Assembly: GCA_038998335.1 (NCBI GenBank)
Contig: JAVZHQ010000001.1
Coordinates: forward strand, 219,281 to 283,280
DNA from: Candidatus Aenigmatarchaeota archaeon
Lineage (GTDB): Archaea; Aenigmatarchaeota; Aenigmatarchaeia; CG10238-14; SCSR01
Reading direction: 5' to 3'
DNA length: 64,000 nucleotides
Part shown: positions 56,959 to 64,000 of the stretch, piece by piece
Numbering within the stretch: the stretch's first letter is position 1
How the letters are laid out: each line of letters starts with the position of its first letter
Program-made: the position numbers and the translations under genes
Notes under the pieces: generated by a model
Database searches by the model: none
Seen by the model: the letters and a program-made list of their open reading frames with translations, nothing else
Told to the model about the DNA's origin: nothing

Positions 56959-59900
56959 ACTAACGCCCTTAAAAACCTTTCAAGTAAGTTAAAGTTCGTG
57001 ATCAAAGGAATTCCAAATTCTACAGCCTTTCTTCTTAAATAATATTCTAAATCACTTTCTTCTGAAGGCACGTTTATCACTAGCTTTATTTCTTTGTTAG
57101 CTAGCAAATCTAATACCTCTTCTTTTATTTCTCTTGCGTGGAATAAATAGTTAAAGTTTTGGTAAATACTTGAAGGAACAAAAACTTGGAACCCTTTATT
57201 TTCGAGCAACCTTCCTATCTCTATTCCTAAGCTATTATTTGAGATTAATAAAACTTTGTCACCTGGCTTTGGTATACTAATACCGCTTGCCATTAAAGAT
57301 TTAATAAAAGCTTCCTCAAAACTTTGACCAAAGCAGGCTACTTCTCCTGTAGAAACCATTTCAACGCTTAGTATAGGATCTGCCTTTTCTAGACGCATAA
57401 AAGAGAACTGTGGTGACTTTACTCCATACTTCTTAGGAACTTTTTCTCCATCAGGAATCTCTTCTCCAAAAATTGCTTTAGCAGCTAGTTCCATCAAGTT
57501 TATTCCTATTGTTTTTGAGACAAAAGGCATGCTTCTACTTGCTCTTAAGTTGCATTCAATAACGTAAGCTTCGTTATCCTTAACAAGGAACTGAACGTTA
57601 AAAGGGCCAATAATCTTAAGTTTTCTTGCTATGTTTTTTGCATAAACCCTAATCTTTCTTTTTATTTCTTCGCTTAAACTTATAGGAGGAATTGTCATGG
57701 TAGCGTCGCCTGAATGAACTCCTGCCTGCTCGATATGCTCAATTATTGCTCCTATGAAAACGTTTTCTCCATCACTTACTCCGTCAACTTCAACCTCTTT
57801 TGCTCCTTCTATAAACTTTGAAACAACAACAGGATACTCTCTTGAAACTTTTGAAGCAAGTTTCAAGTATTCTTCCAGTTCTTCTTCATTTTTTGCAACT
57901 TTCATAGCAGAACCTGAAAGAACGTAAGAAGGTCTAATCAAAACAGGATAGCCAAAATCTTGAGCAAACTCTTTTACTTTATCTATACTTTCAGCCTTGC
58001 ACCATTCTGGTTGAGGAATTCTTAATTCGTTTAGCAAAGAGCTAAACTTTGCTCTATCTTCAGCTCTATCTATGCTTTCTGCGCTTGTTCCAAGAAGTTT
58101 TACACCAAACCTTGCAAGTTTCAAAGCTAGATTATTTGGGATTTGGCCACCAACGCTTACTACTACTCCTAAAGGATTTTCCTTTTCAACTATATCCAAA
58201 ACTCTTTCTAGGGTTAATTCCTCAAAGTAAAGTTTGTCCAAAACGTCAAAATCTGTAGAAACAGTTTCTGGGTTATAGTTTATCATTATAACTTCATCAA
58301 CCTTATTTTTTAAAGCCCAGGCCATATTCACGCAGCACCAATCAAACTCTACGCTTGAACCAATTCTATAACAACCTGAACCAAGAACAATTGCTTTTGT
58401 TTTGTTTGGAAATTCTATATCATCCTTTTCACCATTATAAGTTAGGTAAAGGTAATTTGTTTGAGCAGGCCATTCAGCCGCTAGCGTATCTATTTGTTTT
58501 ACTACAGGCAAAATTCCAAAAGATTTTCTTTTTTCTCTAACTTCTTTTTCACTTATTCTCAAAAGTTGGGCGATTTTCTTGTCAGAAAAGCCAAGCTTTT
58601 TCATTTCTTTTAAGCTTTCTTTGTCTAAACTCTTGAAATTTCTTTCAGCTTCAACTATTTCTTTTATTTTAAACAAGAACCATTTGTCTATTCCTGTGAG
58701 CTTGTAAATTTCTTCTATTTCCATCCCTTTTTGTATAGCTTTGACTATGTAGAAAAGTCTTTGGTCTGTCGGGTTTTCTAGTTCTTTCTTTATTCTTTCT
58801 AAATCCTCTTCTAAATCTTGAGTATCAGTAAGCTCTTTTCCTATATCAAGCATTCTAACTGCTTTTTGTAAGGCTTCTTCAAACCTTCTTCCTATTGCCA
58901 TCACTTCACCTACTGATTTCATTTGAGTTCCTATTCTTCTGCTAACTTTCCTAAACTTTTGAAAATCCCATCTAGGAATTTTAACAACTATGTAATCCAA
59001 AGCAGGTTCGAAGCATGCAGTAGTAACTCCAGTAACTTTGTTTTTAAGCTCTGGTAAAGTATAACCTAGAGCAAGCTTAGCAGCTATATAAGCTATAGGG
59101 TAGCCTGTAGCCTTTGAAGCTAAGGCAGAACTTCTTGAAAGTCTTGGATTTACTTCTATAACTCTAAACTCTTCGTTTTTCGGGTTAAGAGCAAATTGAA
59201 TGTTGCATTCCCCTATAATTTTTAAAGCTCTTACTACTTTGAAGCTTACGCTTCTTAGTAAATGATATTCTCTGTTTGTCAAAGTTTGGGAAGGAGCAAC
59301 AACTATACTATCGCCAGTATGAATTCCCATAGGATCAAAATTTTCCATGTTGCAAACTATTGCGCAATTATCTTCACAATCTCTCATCACTTCATACTCA
59401 ACTTCCTTCCACTTTCCGAGATATTCTTCTATTAAAACTTGTTTTATTCTGCTGTGAACTAAGCCACGAGAAACAATTTCTTTAAGCTGGTTTTCATCGT
59501 AAGCTACGCCTGTTCCCTGGCCACCAAGAGTATAAGCTACCCTTACCATTACAGGATAGCCTATTTTATTAGTAACTTCTACAGCTTCTTCTATACTATT
59601 TGCTTTCCCACTTCTTGGAACAGGAATTTTATTTTCATTTAAAATTCTTCTAAATTTTTCTCTGTTGCTCGCATTTTCTATTGCTTCTACACTAGTTCCC
59701 AAAACTCTTACGTTATACTTTTCATAAACCCCTCTTTCAAAAAGTTCAACTCCGCAATTCAAAGCAGTTTGACCACCAAAAGTTAAAAGAATTCCATCTG
59801 GCCTTTCTTCTTCTATCACTTTTTCGACAAAATCTGGAGTAATCGGCAAGAAATAAACTTTATCCACAAACTTCTCATCAGTTTGAATTGTTGCAACATT

Positions 59901-60047
59901 TGGATTAACAAGAATTACTTTTATCCCTTCTTCTTTTAAGGCTTTTATTGCTTGCGCTCCCGAATAATCAAACTCTCCAGCTTCACCTATTTTTATAGCT
60001 CCTGAACCAAGGATTAAAACTTTATTTATTCCTTTTAGCCTTGGCAT
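56955..60047 (-). CDS. carB: carbamoyl-phosphate synthase large subunit (unsplit, 1030 aa)
   Basis: Duplicated ATP-grasp halves; N-terminus 'VLILGSGAIKIGEAGEFDYSG'; overlaps carA by 13 nt. Confidence 0.95.
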   Translation of the reverse strand: MPRLKGINKVLILGSGAIKIGEAGEFDYSGAQAIKALKEEGIKVILVNPNVATIQTDEKFVDKVYFLPITPDFVEKVIEEERPDGILLTFGGQTALNCGVELFERGVYEKYNVRVLGTSVEAIENASNREKFRRILNENKIPVPRSGKANSIEEAVEVTNKIGYPVMVRVAYTLGGQGTGVAYDENQLKEIVSRGLVHSRIKQVLIEEYLGKWKEVEYEVMRDCEDNCAIVCNMENFDPMGIHTGDSIVVAPSQTLTNREYHLLRSVSFKVVRALKIIGECNIQFALNPKNEEFRVIEVNPRLSRSSALASKATGYPIAYIAAKLALGYTLPELKNKVTGVTTACFEPALDYIVVKIPRWDFQKFRKVSRRIGTQMKSVGEVMAIGRRFEEALQKAVRMLDIGKELTDTQDLEEDLERIKKELENPTDQRLFYIVKAIQKGMEIEEIYKLTGIDKWFLFKIKEIVEAERNFKSLDKESLKEMKKLGFSDKKIAQLLRISEKEVREKRKSFGILPVVKQIDTLAAEWPAQTNYLYLTYNGEKDDIEFPNKTKAIVLGSGCYRIGSSVEFDWCCVNMAWALKNKVDEVIMINYNPETVSTDFDVLDKLYFEELTLERVLDIVEKENPLGVVVSVGGQIPNNLALKLARFGVKLLGTSAESIDRAEDRAKFSSLLNELRIPQPEWCKAESIDKVKEFAQDFGYPVLIRPSYVLSGSAMKVAKNEEELEEYLKLASKVSREYPVVVSKFIEGAKEVEVDGVSDGENVFIGAIIEHIEQAGVHSGDATMTIPPISLSEEIKRKIRVYAKNIARKLKIIGPFNVQFLVKDNEAYVIECNLRASRSMPFVSKTIGINLMELAAKAIFGEEIPDGEKVPKKYGVKSPQFSFMRLEKADPILSVEMVSTGEVACFGQSFEEAFIKSLMASGISIPKPGDKVLLISNNSLGIEIGRLLENKGFQVFVPSSIYQNFNYLFHAREIKEEVLDLLANKEIKLVINVPSEESDLEYYLRRKAVEFGIPLITNFNLLERFLRALV

Positions 60048-61147
60048 TTTTCCACCTCTTTTAAGAACAAGTCAAAAAGGAATTCTGTGTCTAAAGGACC
60101 AGGAGAGGCTTCTGGATGGAATTGCACTCCAAAAATACTTTTTTTCTTGTGTTTTATTCCTTCTATTGTTTTGTCGTTAGCGTTTATGAACCAAGGCTCA
60201 AAATCGGTTTCTTTCAAAGAATTCAACTCTATAGCATAGCCATGGTTTTGACTTGTTATGTAGCATTTTTTTGTTTTCAAATCAATTACAGGGTGGTTTT
60301 GGCCTCTGTGACCAAACTTAAGTTTGTAAGTTTTTGCACCAGAAGCTAAGGCGAGAATTTGGTTTCCAAGGCAAATTCCCATTATCGGTAACTCAGTTTC
60401 TAAGAGTTTTTTCACTGTTTCTATGGTTTCTTTAACCATTTCTGGGTTTCCTGGGCCGTTTGAAATAACTATTCCATTTGGTTCAAAGTCAAGAATTTTA
60501 TCACAAGAAAAATTGTAAGGAACTCTTATCACACTAAAATTTCTTTCAAGCAGACTTCTTAAAATTCCGTATTTTGTCCCACAATCTATCAAAACAACTT
60601 TTCTTTTCCCAGAATTATATTCTATTGGCTTAGAAATACTAACCTCTTTAACCAAATTTCTTTTGTTTGGGTCTTCTATTTTATTCAGTTTTCCTTTTAT
60701 TTCTTCTAAATCATAATCTCCAACTTTTAGAATTCCAAGCATAACTCCCTTTATTCTTAATTTTTTTGTTAGTTCACGAGTATCTATTCCTTCTATTCCT
60801 GGAATTTTTTGCTCATAAAGCCATTCTTCTAAACTTTTCTTACAAGTCCAGTGGCTTGGGTTTCTCTGAAGCTCAGAAATAACATAACCTTTAACTTTTA
60901 TTCCTTCGGACTCGAAGTGCAAAGGAATCCCTTTTTCTTTTATAGAAAGGGAAGGTACTCCATAGCAACCTATAAGAACATAAGTTTGAACAAGAATTTG
61001 ACCGAAATAAGAAGGATCTGTTAAAGCTTCTGGGTAGCCTACCATTCCAGTATTAAAAACAACCTCACCAGAAACTTCACAAGGATAACCAAAGCCTTTC
61101 CCTTCAAGAATTGTTCCATCTTCAAGGGCTAAAATTGCTTTAAGCAA
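60035..61147 (-). CDS. carA: carbamoyl-phosphate synthase small subunit (glutamine amidotransferase)
   Basis: Class I GATase triad context 'GICLGNQILA' and 'FGVQFHPE'. Confidence 0.9.
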   Translation of the reverse strand: MLKAILALEDGTILEGKGFGYPCEVSGEVVFNTGMVGYPEALTDPSYFGQILVQTYVLIGCYGVPSLSIKEKGIPLHFESEGIKVKGYVISELQRNPSHWTCKKSLEEWLYEQKIPGIEGIDTRELTKKLRIKGVMLGILKVGDYDLEEIKGKLNKIEDPNKRNLVKEVSISKPIEYNSGKRKVVLIDCGTKYGILRSLLERNFSVIRVPYNFSCDKILDFEPNGIVISNGPGNPEMVKETIETVKKLLETELPIMGICLGNQILALASGAKTYKLKFGHRGQNHPVIDLKTKKCYITSQNHGYAIELNSLKETDFEPWFINANDKTIEGIKHKKKSIFGVQFHPEASPGPLDTEFLFDLFLKEVEKCQG

Positions 61148-61188
61148 TGCCCACTCTTATTTTTGTTTTTTGAAGTATTTAAAATTAA

Positions 61189-61887
61189 TCAAATTATATT
61201 GTAAAGTCTTAGAACGATTTGTTCCAAATCTGGTTCAAACAAGCCGTATTTTTCAAGGTTTGAGGAATAAGAAATGAAAGAATCTTCATAATCTTCAACT
61301 TTTTTTCTAAACTCTTCTATCTTGTTTTCTTTTATCCATTTTTCAACCTTAACTTTTTCTCCTTCAAAGCAGCCTGGACAAAGCTCTATTTCCACATACT
61401 TTTTATCAACATGTAAAAAAGGGTATTTCTTACAAACCCACGGCCTAACAGGATAAATTTCGCATAAGTTTGAATTGCTCAGGAAAATGCATTTACCGTC
61501 AGGCTTTTGTTTAAGAGTTAGAATATCATCAGAAACTTCAAAGTAGTGCTTGAAGGTTTGTTTTCTATCAAGGTCGATAAAAGAGCAGATTTTTTCAAAT
61601 TCTTCTGGAAGAACAGAAACTTTTCTTTTGATACAGCAATCGCCATCTTTTATACAATTGAAGTAAAAAAATTCTTCTTTGTTCAAAATGAGGATTGGGA
61701 GAAAAAATTCTCCTGTGTATTGCAATTTTATAAGTTTATCTCTTCCGTAAACTTTTGTTACAAGCTTACAAGCTTGTATAGCATACTTGCTTCTTGAAAA
61801 GATTGCTGGGTCATTTCGAAAAAGGCCTAATATAGAAAGAGTTCTTAGGATTTCTTCTGGTTTTATCACGACTTCAAATTTTTCCAT
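61189..61887 (-). CDS. cysteine-cluster protein (YkgJ/UPF0153-like, tentative)
   Basis: 'CIKDGDCCIKR' and 'CPGC' clusters; 232 aa. Confidence 0.3.
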   Translation of the reverse strand: MEKFEVVIKPEEILRTLSILGLFRNDPAIFSRSKYAIQACKLVTKVYGRDKLIKLQYTGEFFLPILILNKEEFFYFNCIKDGDCCIKRKVSVLPEEFEKICSFIDLDRKQTFKHYFEVSDDILTLKQKPDGKCIFLSNSNLCEIYPVRPWVCKKYPFLHVDKKYVEIELCPGCFEGEKVKVEKWIKENKIEEFRKKVEDYEDSFISYSSNLEKYGLFEPDLEQIVLRLYNII

Positions 61888-61945
61888 AATGAAATTTTAG
61901 AAAAAAAGCTTTTAAGATTGTAGCAACTCAGATAACTAAGTTCAG

Positions 61946-62090
61946 CGCCGAGGCTGGGATTTGAACCCAGAAGGGGCAAAGCCCCACCAGCTTTCTCAAC
62001 TCACCTCCGACTCATCATTAGTCAGAGTCAAGCCATTTTATCATTGAAAGACTCAAGGCTGGCGCGTTAGCCAGGTTCCGCCACCTCGGC
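61946..62090 (-). tRNA. tRNA-Ser (anticodon UGA) with ~59-nt intron in the anticodon loop
   Basis: Read on minus strand: acceptor gccgagg/cctcggc, discriminator G, anticodon stem ccagc/gctgg, loop ctTGA..., long variable arm tggggctttgcccc, T-arm tgggttcaaatccca; ~59 nt inserted 3' of the anticodon (about 61993-62052). Confidence 0.7.
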
Positions 62091-62185
62091 TTCCTCATCT
62101 TTATTCAGACCTTGAGTCTAATTAAAATATGAGTTTTAATTTTAAAATATTAGAACTTAAAAATTAAATTTATCAAATTAATTTT

Positions 62186-62545
62186 ATGAGTGCTGCTTTA
62201 CAAGCTTTAAGTATATTACTTTTGTTTCTTGGAGAAGCTTTAGCGATTTATTCTGAGATTGCTGGCGCAAACAAAGTTTTGAATGAGAATAAAATATCAA
62301 GCGAAACATTCCTTTGGTTTTTTCTTTTGATAACTATCGCAGGATTACCTTTAATAGCTGGTTATTTTTTGGGAATAATTGCTTTTAAAAACATTTGGAT
62401 AGTAAGCGTAGTTTCAATAGTTTCTATTTTGATAGTAGAACCAATTTTAGCCTATTTAATTTTTAAACAATTCCCAACTTATGGAGCGTTAATTGGTTTA
62501 ATTCTAGGTTCAGTTGGTTTGATTATAACCTTAGTTGTAAAGTAG
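62186..62545 (+). CDS. hypothetical membrane protein
   Basis: 119 aa, about four hydrophobic helices. Confidence 0.3.
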   Translation: MSAALQALSILLLFLGEALAIYSEIAGANKVLNENKISSETFLWFFLLITIAGLPLIAGYFLGIIAFKNIWIVSVVSIVSILIVEPILAYLIFKQFPTYGALIGLILGSVGLIITLVVK

Positions 62546-62575
62546 AAAATTTTTGTAAAGTTTAAATAGGAAAAA

Positions 62576-62824
62576 TTAATCTCTTTTCTTGAAACTTTTG
62601 AGAAATTTGACGTAATTCTTTAAAAAAAGAAAATCCCCTAAAATTGTAATTCCTAGCTCTGCCCCAAGAATGTATGGATTTTGTTCAGCAGCCCTAAAAT
62701 ATCCGTTTGTTGCTATCTCATAAAACAAAAGGTTTTGAAGAAAAAGAGCACCGCCTATTATGCTATAATAAGCTATGTCTAAAATCTTTTCCTTATAATT
62801 CTTCAATCTTTCTGTTTTTTTCAT
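62576..62824 (-). CDS. hypothetical small membrane protein
   Basis: 82 aa with two hydrophobic segments. Confidence 0.25.
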   Translation of the reverse strand: MKKTERLKNYKEKILDIAYYSIIGGALFLQNLLFYEIATNGYFRAAEQNPYILGAELGITILGDFLFLKNYVKFLKSFKKRD

Positions 62825-62904
62825 GGGAAAAAGTTAAAAACAAAAAAATTTAAGCTTTTTTGCTTCTTGGAAATAAAAAATATCATAAAAGTTAATTTTA
62901 ATTT

Positions 62905-63552
62905 ATGGATGAATTTTTGCTTAACAGGTTTTTAATTCCTTTGGTTTTAACTGCAATTTTCTTTTATTTTCAAGCTTATTGGAAAAATTTGGAAAATTTT
63001 CTCAAAAAAAGAATTAAAAATAAAAGGAAGCTTAAAACCTTTTTGTTTTTATTAGACTGCTTAAAAGTTAAGAGGGTAAGTTTAAAAAGAATTGTTTTTG
63101 TTCCTCTAGTTTATTCTATCCTGCTTGAAGTTTTTCTTTCTTTAATTTTTCATAACCCTTTGCACGGATTTTTTGAACCGGTTTGGTTTGCAGGTTTGAC
63201 CTCTGGCTTTCTTTCTCCAATTGCTGAAGAATTTTTAACAAGAGCTGTATTTCTTGGCTTTTGTGGTTCAGGCTTGCTAGCTGTTTTAAAGTTGAGGGGA
63301 GTGAAATTTAACAGAGAAAAAGAGTATGCTTACTATTTTGTATGGCTTCTTATTTCCTCGCTTGTTTTTGTTCTTGCTCATGAAAATTTTACTCTTTTCC
63401 AGTTTATTCTTAGGTTTTCTCTTTCCATGCTTTACGGAATTCTTTACTTAGTTAACAGAAGAAATGTTTTGCCTAGCATAGTAGCTCATGCTAGTGCTAA
63501 CTGGTTTATAATCTTGAAGGATTATATACTTGGGTTTGAAAGTATTATTTAA
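62905..63552 (+). CDS. CPBP-family intramembrane metalloprotease (CAAX protease/Abi-like)
   Basis: 'IAEEFLTRAV' (EExxxR), 'FVLAHEN' (FxxxH) and 'HASANW' motifs in a multi-TM protein. Confidence 0.55.
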   Translation: MDEFLLNRFLIPLVLTAIFFYFQAYWKNLENFLKKRIKNKRKLKTFLFLLDCLKVKRVSLKRIVFVPLVYSILLEVFLSLIFHNPLHGFFEPVWFAGLTSGFLSPIAEEFLTRAVFLGFCGSGLLAVLKLRGVKFNREKEYAYYFVWLLISSLVFVLAHENFTLFQFILRFSLSMLYGILYLVNRRNVLPSIVAHASANWFIILKDYILGFESII

Positions 63553-63562
63553 AGTAAGTTTT

Positions 63563-63847
63563 TCACTCCCTCACTATTCTTCCACTTCTTGGTACAGAAA
63601 CCTGAAGCTTATCCCTAAACTCAGTAACAAAAGCTCCTGTTATCGAAACAGTATCTCCTATGCTTACAGCTTTTATTTGCTCTCCCCACAAAGTTAAAGT
63701 TACTTGCCCAGTTTCATCTTCAATAGTAGCGTCGGCAACACTTCTTTTGCCATACCTTGTCATTACTTCACGTTTATCAGAAATGTCAATAACTTTTGCT
63801 CTTAAGCTTACGTTACTCATTCCATTTTTTAACTCGTTTATTTTCAT
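63563..63847 (-). CDS. OB-fold nucleic-acid-binding protein (RPA/SSB-like, tentative)
   Basis: 94 aa; 'VTLTLWGEQIKAVSIGDTVSITGAFV' resembles an RPA-type OB fold. Confidence 0.4.
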   Translation of the reverse strand: MKINELKNGMSNVSLRAKVIDISDKREVMTRYGKRSVADATIEDETGQVTLTLWGEQIKAVSIGDTVSITGAFVTEFRDKLQVSVPRSGRIVRE

Positions 63848-64000
63848 TCTTTCACAATTTTAAATCGTGTTTAAAGTTATTAAGCTTTGCTTTTTCTAAA
63901 GGCCAGGCATCTTCTATTAGTAAATCAGGAACGTTTTCTAAAACAGGAAAAGCAAGCTCGCATTTTTTGCAAACCAAAAACATTTCCTTTTCTTCTATCT

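Noticed and set aside
56955-60047. Intein or split in carB
   Set aside because: The 1030-aa product is within the normal CarB length range with both ATP-grasp halves contiguous; no intein blocks and no internal stop.
1-64000. CRISPR array or cas genes
   Set aside because: No regularly spaced direct repeats found on reading the intergenic regions; the only exact repeat is the two-copy 16-bp palindrome, which has neither spacer architecture nor more than two copies.
1-64000. Transposases, integrases or prophage genes
   Set aside because: No DDE transposase, tyrosine/serine recombinase or phage structural motifs recognised; tRNA genes are not flanked by obvious direct repeats of their 3' ends.

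Overview
Visibly AT-rich chromosomal segment that looks archaeal: five tRNA genes with archaeal-type features (two carrying introns), proteins rich in Lys/Glu/Ile, and an intein in PEP synthase. Most of the window is housekeeping: nucleotide metabolism (tmk, purM, purB, pyrH, thyX, glyA, carA-carB-pyrB-pyrI), translation (metG plus a separately encoded tRNA-binding domain, ribosomal protein L10e, tRNA-Ile/Glu/Leu/Thr/Ser), central metabolism (intein-containing ppsA, Cys-type formate dehydrogenase alpha subunit with mobA, geranylgeranyl reductase-like flavoprotein) and a small DNA-repair group (LigD-type phosphoesterase, Ogg-like glycosylase, radical SAM protein). The strongest candidate for an undescribed system is at ~38.1-44.8 kb: two large paralogous HTH-plus-SAM-methyltransferase proteins interleaved with three paralogous short coiled-coil proteins, flanked by a radical SAM gene and a NurA-like nuclease gene. 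Other points worth follow-up are a 12-nt intron placed non-canonically inside the anticodon stem of tRNA-Thr, a ~59-nt tRNA-Ser intron with box C/D-like motifs, a 16-bp perfect palindrome present twice around one membrane-protein gene, and a possible structured RNA after tRNA-Ile. No CRISPR array, rRNA or transposase was seen. All protein calls are from motif recognition by eye on the supplied translations; no database search was run.
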